Source: Candidatus Poribacteria bacterium
GTDB taxonomy: Bacteria > Poribacteria > WGA-4E > GCA-2687025
DNA length: 64,000 nt
Assembly: GCA_963665845.2 (NCBI GenBank)
Contig: OY762492.1
Span: forward strand, 2,272,001 to 2,336,000
Direction: 5' to 3'
Position numbers and translations under genes: made by a program. The stretch's first letter is position 1. Each line of letters opens with the position of its first letter. Positions 9,390 through 18,985 of the stretch are shown piece by piece. The notes under the pieces are model-generated. The model ran no database searches. It was given only the letters and a program-made list of their open reading frames with translations, and was not told the origin of the DNA.

Positions 9390-9761
9390 TCAGATCATGC
9401 CTTTCAGAAAGAGTCCCACGAGCGCGATCAAAATTGCAGTTTGGAACGCAAAAAACATTTTCATTTGGTTTTGAAGAGAGGTCATTTGCTTCTCAAGCCC
9501 CTCCACCTTGCTCGTCAGAGCCGCAAGCGCAATTCGCGTCTCTGCGTGTTCGTTTCTGACCGCCGCGATATCATCTTTGAGTTCCGACCGAAGATTCGCG
9601 ATATCATCTTTGAGTTCCGACCGAAGATTCGCGATTTCGTTTCGGACAGCCGAGATTTCATCTTTGAAGTCGGCGCGAAGATTCGCGATGTCCAGCTTTG
9701 TCGCATAAGCGTTTGGATCCAGCGGAAGCCCCTCGTTTTGGGGGTCCTGCGTTGTGTTCAT
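9390..9761 (-). CDS. Coiled-coil protein with 11-aa repeats and C-terminal TM (DUF1640/Bdr-like)
   Basis: YATKLDI, IANLRSELKDD twice, hydrophobic C-terminus; AAGGAG SD. Confidence 0.75.
   Translation of the reverse strand: MNTTQDPQNEGLPLDPNAYATKLDIANLRADFKDEISAVRNEIANLRSELKDDIANLRSELKDDIAAVRNEHAETRIALAALTSKVEGLEKQMTSLQNQMKMFFAFQTAILIALVGLFLKGMI
9564..9635. repeat. Intragenic 33-bp tandem repeat
   Basis: cgcgatatcatctttgagttccgaccgaagatt, two exact copies plus degenerate flanking copies. Confidence 0.85.
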
Positions 9762-9875
9762 AGCGCGTCTCCTTCATGGGAACCTGTCAACGCCTCAACA
9801 TGATACGCCGACGCGACGCATGACGCAAACCCGTCTTTCCCGAACCTCATGCCTTTTGTTAAACCAGCTAGAATC

Positions 9876-11285
9876 TCACCGCCGCCTCTTCGGGGCTTTG
9901 CGCCCCAGTTTCAGGTTCTTTTCGTTTTCAGGCAGAAGATGCCCGTCCCGCCGATTCTGGCTCTGTAGACCCGTCAAGGTCATTCTGTCCATCTTGACGC
10001 GGTTGCATGGCGGGCAGAGCAGCGTCAGGTTGTCGTAAGCGTCGCTCCCGCCGTCCGATTTGGGGCGGATATGATCCACCTCCAGGACGCGCGGATCGAA
10101 GCGGTAGTCGCGTCCGCAGCCTTGACAGAAACCGCCGAACTGCTCCAGCAACTTTCCATGCTGCAAACGCGGTCTCGGATGGCGGGCGCGCTTGCGTCCG
10201 GTCGGCGTTTGAATGTCGGCGACCGCTTCGTCTCCGCCGTCGGTTCGGGCGGGCGGCTCCGTTTCATAATGGACAGCGTCAAAACCGAAACGCCCCTGCC
10301 GCTCCAGATCGGGATTGACCTCGTCCGCCGCTAAACCCTCCATAGCGAGCCGGGACAGCACCGTCTCATGCGCTTTGTCCCAAAGATCGATGCCAACCCA
10401 CTGCCGATTCAGCTTTTCAGCGGCGACCGGCGTCGTCGCGCAGCCGCAAAACGGATCCAACACCATATCGCCCTCGTTAGAGGATGCCTTGATGATCCGC
10501 TCATAAAGCGCAAGCGGTTTTTGCGTCGGGTAGCCTGTGCGCTCCTTTACTCTCGACTGTAGGCTGTTGATATCTGTCCACCAATCCTCCGGTATTTTTG
10601 GCTCATCCAAATAATATCGGTAGACTTTACCTGTGGATTTAACGATTTTGTCCTGATACGGGCGGCCTGCTTCATCCTTCCCGATACGACCGCCAAAGCT
10701 CTTTGAGCCCGTGTCTCGCGGGATTCCAGCAGCCCGGCCGTTGAAGTGATAATCGCTCCCCCGTGTATAGAACAAGATGATGTCATGTTTACGCGCCCAC
10801 CAGCGCTTGCTTTTGCCGCCCACGTTGTAACACCAAACAATTTCGTTTCGAAAGTTAGATTTTCCGAAAACGGCGTCCAGCAGCATTTTCAGATAGTGGC
10901 TCGCCGTCGGATCGCAATGCAGATAGAGGCTTCCGTCATGCCGCAGGACGCGATGCATCTCAATAACGCGGACGCCCATGAAGCACAGGTAGGCGGCGAG
11001 ATCGTCCCCATAAACCGTCTTTGCCGCCATGACCGCGTTCCAAACTTCAGGATGTTCGTCCCTTATTTTCGTCAGCCATTCGTCATGGATGTCGTCGCGC
11101 CATGACCATCGGTCTTGGAAGCTGGCGCCGTCGGCGAGGCTGTCGGGCGTCGCATGGAAATCGCGCGACTTGTTGAACGGCGGATCGGTGGCGACAAGGT
11201 GTACCGTTTCGCTGTTCATGCCGCGCAGGAAGGCGAGGTTGTCGCCATGGTATAAGGTGCGGTTTTGGAAGTTTGGCGAGGGCAT
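9876..11285 (-). CDS. N6/N4 DNA methyltransferase (beta-class order) fused to a C-terminal HNH endonuclease
   Basis: DPPF, YPTQKP, LDPFCGCATT; C-terminal CQGC...EVDHIRPKSDGGSD..NLTLLCPPCN. Confidence 0.9.
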   Translation of the reverse strand: MPSPNFQNRTLYHGDNLAFLRGMNSETVHLVATDPPFNKSRDFHATPDSLADGASFQDRWSWRDDIHDEWLTKIRDEHPEVWNAVMAAKTVYGDDLAAYLCFMGVRVIEMHRVLRHDGSLYLHCDPTASHYLKMLLDAVFGKSNFRNEIVWCYNVGGKSKRWWARKHDIILFYTRGSDYHFNGRAAGIPRDTGSKSFGGRIGKDEAGRPYQDKIVKSTGKVYRYYLDEPKIPEDWWTDINSLQSRVKERTGYPTQKPLALYERIIKASSNEGDMVLDPFCGCATTPVAAEKLNRQWVGIDLWDKAHETVLSRLAMEGLAADEVNPDLERQGRFGFDAVHYETEPPARTDGGDEAVADIQTPTGRKRARHPRPRLQHGKLLEQFGGFCQGCGRDYRFDPRVLEVDHIRPKSDGGSDAYDNLTLLCPPCNRVKMDRMTLTGLQSQNRRDGHLLPENEKNLKLGRKAPKRRR

Positions 11286-11489
11286 GCGTCTCTTTCGGCG
11301 GGATATTGGCGGTTGAATGGACGGAAGGGCATGTTACCGCTCCCGCTTGACGCTGTCAAGAAGCATGCGCTGACCTTACGTCTTTGGTTGGGACATGCCG
11401 GCGGGCGAACGCGGGCGGCTTGCCAAAAAATGCCCAGCGGTATATGATCAACCAGCTAGACCCTCAAAACTGGTCGGAAGGAGCGCGCG

Positions 11490-12587
11490 ATGAGAACGGC
11501 GGCGTTGTGCATGGCGGCGCTGGCTGCAGTCGGATGCGGCGGCAACGGCGGCGAACATGCCGCCTCGCTCACTCTATACTGCGCCGCGGGCGTCAAGCCC
11601 CCTGTCGAACAGGCGGCGAAGCAGTACGCCGACGAATACGGCGTCCAGATCTACCTTCAGTACGGCGGATCGGGAACGCTGCTCAGCAACCTTCAGATCG
11701 CTCAAAAAGGCGACCTGTACCTCGCCGCCGATGACAGCTATCTGGAGCTTGCCGCCGAAAAGGGTCTCGCCGTCGAATCGATCCGCCTCGCGCGCCTAAG
11801 CCCTGTCATCGCCGTTCCGGAGGGCAACCCAAAAGGGGTCCAAAGCCTGGACGACCTAGAGCGCTCCGATCTGCGCGTCGCCCTGGCAAACCCCGAAGCG
11901 GCGGCAATCGGCAGGCTCATGCGCGACGGCTTAAAAGACGCCGGCAGATGGGAGCGGCTTCAAAAGGCGGCGGCAACCATGTTCCCCACCGTGACGGAGA
12001 TTGCGAACGCCCTGCGCATCGGATCGGCGGACGCCGGAGTCATCTGGGACGCGACGGCAAACCAGTACCCGCAGCTGGAAACGGTTGACGATCCTGAACT
12101 GGAGCCGTTGGAAAATCGGATTTCCATAGGGGTATTGAGCTTTTCGGAGCGTCCAACCGAGGCGCTGCGCTTCGCCCGTTATCTGTCGGCGCGCGGCAAG
12201 GGGCTGCCCCATTTCACACAGCATGGGTACGCCGCGGTGGAGGGCGACGTCTGGGCGGAGGATCCGCGTCTGCGCGTCTATTGCGAGTCGGCGCTGCGCC
12301 CGTCGGTTGAGGAGGCGGCGCGCGCCTTTGAGCTGCGCGAGGGCGCGTCGGTTCTGTTTGAAGAGGCGGCGGACAGCGCGCCGCCCGATCTGGACGCCTA
12401 CATCGCGCAAGACGCTGCGGCGCTGCCGGCGGGAACGGCGCGCCCGCTCGCGCAAAAAGAGAACGCGCTGATTCAATGCGCCGTGAACGAACAGGGGAAG
12501 TTTCCGCGTATGACCGAACGCATGATTCAACAGCTGCGGGGGGCGCTTGAAGCGCGCGGCTTTCAGTGGCTTTTTGAGCGGCAATGA
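11490..12587 (+). CDS. modA: Molybdate ABC transporter substrate-binding lipoprotein with a C-terminal partial second domain
   Basis: Lipobox AVGC; YGGSGTL, DLYLAAD, NPEAAAIG; upstream of permease and ATPase. Confidence 0.88.
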   Translation: MRTAALCMAALAAVGCGGNGGEHAASLTLYCAAGVKPPVEQAAKQYADEYGVQIYLQYGGSGTLLSNLQIAQKGDLYLAADDSYLELAAEKGLAVESIRLARLSPVIAVPEGNPKGVQSLDDLERSDLRVALANPEAAAIGRLMRDGLKDAGRWERLQKAAATMFPTVTEIANALRIGSADAGVIWDATANQYPQLETVDDPELEPLENRISIGVLSFSERPTEALRFARYLSARGKGLPHFTQHGYAAVEGDVWAEDPRLRVYCESALRPSVEEAARAFELREGASVLFEEAADSAPPDLDAYIAQDAAALPAGTARPLAQKENALIQCAVNEQGKFPRMTERMIQQLRGALEARGFQWLFERQ

Positions 12588-13447
12588 TGGGAGGGCTGCG
12601 GCGGGGAGCCGACATCCCATTTTTTGCCGTCTTCATCGCCTTGAGCGGAGCGTACGCCCTGCTCATCGCCGCCATGCTTGCGGCGGACCTCTCCTTCGCC
12701 TCGGCGTCGGACCTGTTGAAGGCGTTTCAAAGCCGAGAGATACGCTACTCGATCGCCTTGAGCCTCGTCTCTTGCACCGTGTCGGCGCTGCTGTCGATGC
12801 TGGCGGCGGTTCCGGCGGGGTATCTGCTGTCGCGGTTTCAGTTTCGGGGGAAACGTTTGGCGGAGGGTCTGTTCGACATACCGATTGCGCTTCCGCCGCT
12901 GGTGGTGGGCATCAGCCTGCTCATTCTGTTTCAGACGCCGCCGGGGGATTTTTTAGAAAAGATCGCCGCCGGCGCGGCGCGTTATACAGGTTTCAACGCG
13001 CTCATGCGCTGGATCGGCGCGCCTGAAGTGAAAGGCGTCGCTTATGAAACGCCGGCGGTCGTTTTGGCGCAATTCACAGTCGCCGCCGCCTTCGCGGTGC
13101 GGGCGATGCGCGTCTCGTTTGACCAGATCGATCCGCGCCAGGAGCAGGTTGCCTTGACGCTCGGATGCGGGCGGGGGCAGGCGTTTTTTCGCGTCGCGCT
13201 TCCGCAGGCGCGCCCAGGACTGCTGACAGCGTTCACGCTCGCATGGGCGCGCTCCATGGGCGAATTCGGACCGGTGCTGATCCTCGCCGGCGCGACCCGC
13301 ATGAAGACGGAGGTTCTGCCGACCACCGTTTTTCTAGAGTTGAGCGTCGGCAACTTGGAAGCGGCGGTCTCCGTTTCGTTCGTCATGATCGCCGCCGCGT
13401 TTTTGGCGCTGTGGCTCGCCCGTTCGATTGGACAGGCGCATGATTGA
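12584..13447 (+). CDS. modB: Molybdate ABC transporter permease
   Basis: LPPLVVG, EQVALTLG (EAA loop), WARSMGEFG. Confidence 0.88.
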   Translation: MMGGLRRGADIPFFAVFIALSGAYALLIAAMLAADLSFASASDLLKAFQSREIRYSIALSLVSCTVSALLSMLAAVPAGYLLSRFQFRGKRLAEGLFDIPIALPPLVVGISLLILFQTPPGDFLEKIAAGAARYTGFNALMRWIGAPEVKGVAYETPAVVLAQFTVAAAFAVRAMRVSFDQIDPRQEQVALTLGCGRGQAFFRVALPQARPGLLTAFTLAWARSMGEFGPVLILAGATRMKTEVLPTTVFLELSVGNLEAAVSVSFVMIAAAFLALWLARSIGQAHD

Positions 13448-14081
13448 GTTTCAAAAAGCGGCGGTTCAGGCGGGCGAGTTCGTTTTAAAAAATGTGTCGC
13501 TCCGCATCGAACAGGGAGAATACGGCGTGTTGATGGGTCCCACAGGCTGCGGCAAAACGACGCTGCTGGAAGCGGCGGTCGGGCTGCGCGCGGTGTCGTC
13601 CGGGCGCGTTCTTGCCGGCGGCGTGGATGTAACCCGTCTCAAACCGTCTGCGCGGCAGATCGGATATGTCCCGCAGGACGGCGTTCTCTTCACCTCCATG
13701 ACGGTCGCGGAGCATCTCGCCTTTCCGCTGCGCATACGCCGCATGGAAAAGGCAGAAATACAGCGGCGGGTCAACGAGCTGGCGGATCTGCTCGGCATAC
13801 GCGGTCTACTGGACAGGCGCCCGCGCGGATTGAGCGGCGGAGAACGGCAGCGCACGGCGCTCGGAAGGGCGTTGTCGTTTCGTCCAAAGGCGCTGCTCCT
13901 GGACGAACCGCTCAGCGCCCTGGATGAAGAAACGCGGGAACGCATGTATAATGTGCTGAAGCGCGCGCAAAAAGCGGAGCAAGCGTCTGTCCTGCATGTG
14001 ACGCACAGCAGCGGCGAAGCGGCGGCGTTGGCGGATCGAATGTTTCATCTGAAGAACGGAAAAGCGGCGGAAGTAGAGTAG
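13440..14081 (+). CDS. modC: Molybdate ABC transporter ATP-binding protein
   Basis: GPTGCGKT, LSGGE, LLLDEP, VTH. Confidence 0.85.
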   Translation: MIEFQKAAVQAGEFVLKNVSLRIEQGEYGVLMGPTGCGKTTLLEAAVGLRAVSSGRVLAGGVDVTRLKPSARQIGYVPQDGVLFTSMTVAEHLAFPLRIRRMEKAEIQRRVNELADLLGIRGLLDRRPRGLSGGERQRTALGRALSFRPKALLLDEPLSALDEETRERMYNVLKRAQKAEQASVLHVTHSSGEAAALADRMFHLKNGKAAEVE

Positions 14082-14093
14082 AAAGGACGGGCG

Positions 14094-14378
14094 ATGCTCT
14101 GTAAGATACATCTAGTTTATACGGGTCAGCTGCGGTCGGCGGTCGGCATGTCAGAGGATGCGCTGGAGTTTGAACAGCCCGCGCGTCTCTCGGAAGTATT
14201 GACAGCGGCGGCGGAGAAACGCGGCGAAGCGGCGCGCCGAATCCTGTTGAGCGGCGACGGAACGATTCAACGCGCCCTCGTTCTGATGATCGGCGATGCG
14301 CAGGTTCCGCGCGGAACCGATCCTGTACTGGAAAACGGCGCCCAGTTGACGATCATGACGCCCATCAGCGGAGGATAA
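14094..14378 (+). CDS. moaD: MoaD/ThiS ubiquitin-like sulfur carrier
   Basis: 94 aa ending PISGG; adjacent to an E1-like gene. Confidence 0.82.
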   Translation: MLCKIHLVYTGQLRSAVGMSEDALEFEQPARLSEVLTAAAEKRGEAARRILLSGDGTIQRALVLMIGDAQVPRGTDPVLENGAQLTIMTPISGG

Positions 14379-15130
14379 TGCGTATGCGTACCGAATTGAC
14401 CAGCGAGGAGCGCGCCGTTTATGAATGGCAGCTCTGGGTGGACGATTTTGGCGAGAAGGGGCAGCTTGCCCTGCGCAACGCCTCCGTTCTGGTGTCGCGC
14501 TGCGGCGGGCTGGGCGGGCCGGTCGCGTATGAGCTGGCGGCGGCGGGCGTCGGAAAGCTGATCCTTGCACACGAAGGCGATGTGGAGTATTCTGACCTGA
14601 ACAGGCAATTGCTGATGACGCAGGACTGGGTCGGCAAGCCGCGCATCGAAAGCGCCAAACGGCGCCTTCAGGAGCTGAACCCGCGCCTTGAGGTGGAGGC
14701 GCACAACGCGAACGTCAACGAAGAGAATGCGGCGCAGCTGGTCGGCGCGGCAGACCTGGTCATCGATTGCGCGCCCATGTTTGAGGAGCGGTTTGCGATG
14801 AACAGGCAGGCGGTCTTGCAGCGCAAACCGATCATCGAGTGCGCAATGTACGACCTGGAAGCGTCCATCACAACGGTGATACCGGGTCGAACGCCGTGTC
14901 TCGCATGCCTCATCCCGTCGATTCCGCCCGCTTGGAAGCGGCGGTTTCCGGTGATTGGAGCCGTGTCGGGCGCGGTCGGATGCATGGCGGTCATGGAGGC
15001 GGTGAAGGTTTTGGCGGGCTTCGGCGAGCCGCTGCTCGGTCGGATGGTTCATTTTGACCTGCGCTCCGCCTCGTTTTCAGAGTTTCAGATACAGCGCGAC
15101 CCCGATTGCGCTGTATGCAGTTCGTTATAG
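14378..15130 (+). CDS. moeB: MoeB/ThiF family adenylyltransferase
   Basis: CGGLGG, VEYSDLNRQ, PCLAC, C-terminal CAVC. Confidence 0.88.
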   Translation: MRMRTELTSEERAVYEWQLWVDDFGEKGQLALRNASVLVSRCGGLGGPVAYELAAAGVGKLILAHEGDVEYSDLNRQLLMTQDWVGKPRIESAKRRLQELNPRLEVEAHNANVNEENAAQLVGAADLVIDCAPMFEERFAMNRQAVLQRKPIIECAMYDLEASITTVIPGRTPCLACLIPSIPPAWKRRFPVIGAVSGAVGCMAVMEAVKVLAGFGEPLLGRMVHFDLRSASFSEFQIQRDPDCAVCSSL

Positions 15131-15153
15131 CGGTGAAGGACGGCGGGTCGGTT

Positions 15154-15903
15154 GTGTATGAACGGAGATTAAAGGCGCATTTTTGGCTGATCTTGGCGGT
15201 ATGCGCGCTCATATGCTGGGCGGCGTACGCGGGAACGCCCGCGCTCATCGACCCTGGCATACCGCATATGGAGCGGTCGGTGTACCGCTTGACGCGCGAG
15301 GACGGCTCCGTTTCCACCTCGACGCATCTGGTCGCCCTCTCCGAGGAGAACGATGAGAAGCTGTATCTCATCACGACGCTCGACAAAAAGATGATTCTGC
15401 GGCGAAACAATTTGACCCCCATCAACATCACCCAGTGGAAAAAGAACGACGCAGGCGAGAACACCGGCGAGGTGGACTGGGAGATACGTTACTCAAAAGA
15501 CCGCGTCCATTACATCTTTCCCGGGCCGACGCGCAACAAGGTTGAAAAGGTGGACGAAAACAGGTACGACGCAAACGCTATTGTGCATGCGGTGCGCGGC
15601 TTTCCGTTTGAGAAAGAAAAAGAGGTGAAGGTAACGCTGGTAACGCATGACCACCGCTTGGGCGTCGGTTTTAAAATTGTCGGTCGAGAGAGCGCGTCCG
15701 CGCCCGTCGGCGAGTTCGACTGCTACAAGATTCAGGCAGGCTTGACGGGATGGAAGGGCAGGGTTATGAAAAAGAAAATCTACTTCTGGGTGGAAGCGGA
15801 AGCGCCGCACCGTCTCATTCGGCAGGAGGATGAAGGCATCACCGATGTGCGCTTGACGGAGCTGGCGGAGTATGAAATCGGACCCGAAGAGGCTGAACGT
15901 TGA
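15154..15903 (+). CDS. Exported hypothetical protein (DUF3108-like beta-rich); start uncertain
   Basis: N-terminal hydrophobic segment; GRESASAPVGEFDCYKI and IYFWVE motifs. Confidence 0.6.
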   Translation: MYERRLKAHFWLILAVCALICWAAYAGTPALIDPGIPHMERSVYRLTREDGSVSTSTHLVALSEENDEKLYLITTLDKKMILRRNNLTPINITQWKKNDAGENTGEVDWEIRYSKDRVHYIFPGPTRNKVEKVDENRYDANAIVHAVRGFPFEKEKEVKVTLVTHDHRLGVGFKIVGRESASAPVGEFDCYKIQAGLTGWKGRVMKKKIYFWVEAEAPHRLIRQEDEGITDVRLTELAEYEIGPEEAER

Positions 15904-17054
15904 AGCGGCTGCTGCGCGTTCTCATCTGGTGCGCTTTATGCGGCGCCGCGTTCGCGCCTTCATGGGGGCAGAACTTGCTGCTGGAGGATTACCGCCCGCC
16001 GGTCAGCTCGGCGCGCGCCCTGCGCCTGAATCTCGACATGGACTACGCCGGCGGCGGAGGCGAGCCGTCCTCTAACCGCTCCCACCTGTTCGCTCATTAT
16101 CGATATTTTTACGACTCGCTTCCGTTCGCCTATTTTGTGGACGCTTCCGTTGACGCGGCGCGTTCCAGCGGCGCCGATGAGCGCGTCGTTATCGAAGCGT
16201 CCGAGCGCGCCCGCGCGTTCGTCTATAAAGACCTGTTCGGCGGAGCGGAACTGCGCCGATCCTACCGCTCAAGCGGACCGGACGCCGGCGGGCAGGCAAA
16301 CGGATCGCTCGGCGTCGGCTACGGGCGATTCATCAACGCGACCCCGCTCGCAAAAGCGGCGCGCATGGAGGACACGCTGCTGGAGCTTGGACTGCTGCGC
16401 GACGACCTTCCCGCGGAGACGATGATCGAGCTTGGACAGATCATTCAGCGCGAATCGGAATTCAAGGAGCAGTACGGCGACACTTTTCGACAAGAGTGGT
16501 TCAAGGCGATGGAGCGCGCCGCGCTGGAATCGGGCATGATGATTGAGCCGGAGCTGGGCGCGGCGGCGCTGTTGAAGATGGACGAAACGCTGCTGCGCGA
16601 GCGCATCTTCGACCGGTATTTTGGGTGGGAGGTCAGCCTTAGCGTCGGCTCCGACCTGTTCCCGTTTGAAAAGTTTAAGGAGGGCGGGCGCGTTTTAGAG
16701 GCGGCGTACAGGCTCGCAAAGCCGCTCGGATGGCGCATGCAGTGGAACGAAACGTTGTCGCTCCAGTCGCCGATGGACGAGCATTTTGGCAATTCGCTCC
16801 GCTTCTCCATCGAAAGCGAAATCTCCTATGAGGTCAGCAACCGCATCGATCTGATCTTCATGCACCGCCTGAACGCCTCGCGGGAGCCGGACGAAACAGG
16901 CGCCTTTGAAAATGCGACCGACAGCCGCCTGCAGGCGTCCTTCACGTTCTTTATTGAGAACGCCTTGACGCTCAACTCCTCCGCTTTTTGGAGCTCCGAA
17001 GGCGGTTCGCGCAACCAGGGCTTGTCGCTCATCTTCGGCTACCGCCTGTTTTAA
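15900..17054 (+). CDS. Putative outer-membrane beta-barrel protein
   Basis: Signal peptide, amphipathic strands, GVGYGR, C-terminal FGYRLF. Confidence 0.65.
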   Translation: MKRLLRVLIWCALCGAAFAPSWGQNLLLEDYRPPVSSARALRLNLDMDYAGGGGEPSSNRSHLFAHYRYFYDSLPFAYFVDASVDAARSSGADERVVIEASERARAFVYKDLFGGAELRRSYRSSGPDAGGQANGSLGVGYGRFINATPLAKAARMEDTLLELGLLRDDLPAETMIELGQIIQRESEFKEQYGDTFRQEWFKAMERAALESGMMIEPELGAAALLKMDETLLRERIFDRYFGWEVSLSVGSDLFPFEKFKEGGRVLEAAYRLAKPLGWRMQWNETLSLQSPMDEHFGNSLRFSIESEISYEVSNRIDLIFMHRLNASREPDETGAFENATDSRLQASFTFFIENALTLNSSAFWSSEGGSRNQGLSLIFGYRLF

Positions 17055-17068
17055 TTCGCGCCTCCTCC

Positions 17069-17236
17069 GCGTTCCCCGCTTCCGCGAGGACATGCATTCC
17101 CGCGCCGCCTCATAGCCTGCCCCCGTGAAAACGGGGGTCATTCCCGCCCTTGCGGTAAAATGGGCGGGAATCTTAGGCGCCGCAAACGGCGTCCAGCAGC
17201 GCGAAAACCCCCCTAGCCCCCCTTTTCAAGGGGGGA
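17069..17236. repeat. Nested composite REP variant plus a CCCCCCTAGCCCCCCTTTTCAAGGGGGG hairpin repeat between convergent genes
   Basis: ccccgcttccgcgaggacatgc-attcccgcg, cccccgtgaaaacggggg, attcccgccc-N12-gggcgggaat, then the poly-C/poly-G hairpin at about 17208-17235. Confidence 0.75.
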
Positions 17237-18394
17237 AACGGCGGGCGCGCTCTGGGCGGCGGCTTCTAACAGCTCCAGATACGCCTCGGCGATGTTCCCC
17301 CATGCATATCCGCGCGCTTTTTCGGCGTTTGCCGTACCGTATTGCCGGCGCAGCTGGGCGTCTTTGATGAGCGGCTCCAGCAGCTCCGCCAGCCGCCGAT
17401 GGTCGCCCGCTTCAAACAGCCGCCCGTTGATCCCGTCTTCGATCAGTTCCGTCATCCCTTGCGCGCGCGTCGACACAACAGGCAGCCCGGTCGCCATCGC
17501 CTCCAGCGCCGCCAGCGGCATCCCTTCCGCTAGAGACGTCAGCGCGAAGATGTCCGCCTCGGCGTACTGCGTCGGCAGCTCCTCATACGGAACGGAGCCG
17601 ACAAAGCGGACGCGGTCTTGAACGTCCAGTTCGGCGGCAAGCGCTTCCAGCCGGGCGCGCTCTTTTCCGTCGCCGACAATGGCGATCTCAAACGGCGGCG
17701 CCGCCCGTTTTTTGAGTTCAGCCGCCGCGCGAATGAACGTGTCGAACCCTTTGCGCGGTATGAGCCTGCCGACGCCCAGCGCGCGAACAGGCGTACGCGC
17801 TTGCCGTTCCGCCGGCGAAAACATCTCCAGGTCGATGCCGTCAGGTATGACCTGAATCGGCTGCTGCGGCGCGGTTTGGAGCGCCAACTCGCGCAGCCCT
17901 TCGCTGCATGCGACCGCATAGGACGCATGCTTCCAGATGCGCAGCAGCGCCGGTTTCAATACCCGATACAGATGCCGGTAATGGGGCGGGTCGGGGTTTG
18001 GGCGCGGCACATCCCTTCCCCCAAGAAAGACGATATACGGTATCTGAAAACGGCGTTTGAGCAGATAGGCGGCGCCGCCGGAGGGTATCCCGAAAAAGAC
18101 CTGAACGGCGTCGGGGCGGTTTTTTTTAACGGCGCGCCATGCCGTCCGCGCTGAGCTGGCGGCGTAGGTCAGCATCTCGGTTACTTTGGCGGCGTTTGGG
18201 CTGGCGCGGAGGGCGGGGGCGCGTTCTATTCGGCAACCGTTTTGCGTTTCAAGGCGCGGCAGGTCTCGATAGGCGGAGGTAATGATATGGACCTCATGCC
18301 CGCGCGCCGCGTATTCTTTCGCCAGCCGTTCCGTCACGCGCCCGCCGCCTCCTCCGATGGGCGGGTATTCATGGTTGAAGAGCAGCAGTTTCAT
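17213..18394 (-). CDS. Glycosyltransferase family 4
   Basis: EYPPIGGGG, VGRLIPRKG, EGMPLAALEAMATGLPVV. Confidence 0.93.
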   Translation of the reverse strand: MKLLLFNHEYPPIGGGGGRVTERLAKEYAARGHEVHIITSAYRDLPRLETQNGCRIERAPALRASPNAAKVTEMLTYAASSARTAWRAVKKNRPDAVQVFFGIPSGGAAYLLKRRFQIPYIVFLGGRDVPRPNPDPPHYRHLYRVLKPALLRIWKHASYAVACSEGLRELALQTAPQQPIQVIPDGIDLEMFSPAERQARTPVRALGVGRLIPRKGFDTFIRAAAELKKRAAPPFEIAIVGDGKERARLEALAAELDVQDRVRFVGSVPYEELPTQYAEADIFALTSLAEGMPLAALEAMATGLPVVSTRAQGMTELIEDGINGRLFEAGDHRRLAELLEPLIKDAQLRRQYGTANAEKARGYAWGNIAEAYLELLEAAAQSAPAVSPLEKGG

Positions 18395-18933
18395 TCCCGC
18401 TCGCTTTTGCCGCTTCGACTAAAGAGCCGCTTGAAGAAACCTTTGCGCGGCGGCAGCGCCTTCATCCGCAGCGCCTGCTCATTGGAAAGCAGCAGCGTCA
18501 GCCGTTCGTTCACATTCTCCAGATTTTCGATGCGCGGTCGAAGATGTGTCAGCTCCTCTTCGGCGTTTTGGCGCCGTTTTCGTTCGTTATCGGTTGCCTC
18601 TTTTTCGGCTTCCAGTTTTGTTTTCAACACTTCCAGCTGCGTGTTGAGTTCGTTGGCGCGGTTTTGCGTCTGCTCAAGCGCCTGTTGCCGTTCCTTCGCC
18701 GCTTGTTGTCGGCGCGTCAATTCGTCTTTCAGCTGGTCGGATTCGTTTTGGCGGAGCTGTATTTCGCGCGTCTGTTCCTCGCCGCGTTTTTGAAGCTGCT
18801 CCCGCTCTCTTTCGCGGGCGGCTTTTTCCGCTTCCAGTTTTGTTTTCAGAATCTCAACATGCGTTTCTAAGTAGGCGTTGTCATGTTCAAGCCGCTCTAT
18901 TTGCCGTTTCGCTTTCGCCGCCTTTTTTCCCAT
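18391..18933 (-). CDS. Coiled-coil protein with C-terminal amphipathic KGFFKRLF motif
   Basis: GGGAGA SD; charged heptads; E(I/V)LKTKLEAEK twice; tail ALPPRKGFFKRLF. Confidence 0.7.
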   Translation of the reverse strand: MGKKAAKAKRQIERLEHDNAYLETHVEILKTKLEAEKAAREREREQLQKRGEEQTREIQLRQNESDQLKDELTRRQQAAKERQQALEQTQNRANELNTQLEVLKTKLEAEKEATDNERKRRQNAEEELTHLRPRIENLENVNERLTLLLSNEQALRMKALPPRKGFFKRLFSRSGKSERE

Positions 18934-18985
18934 AATCTTCTCCCTGCTTTTTAACATGCGCATCCAGAGGCGCCGCCCTGCGGTT

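Noticed and set aside
14094-15130. Ubl + E1 pair as a bacterial ubiquitination defence system
   Set aside because: It follows modABC, has no E2 or JAB partner, and moaC is in the window; Moco biosynthesis explains it.
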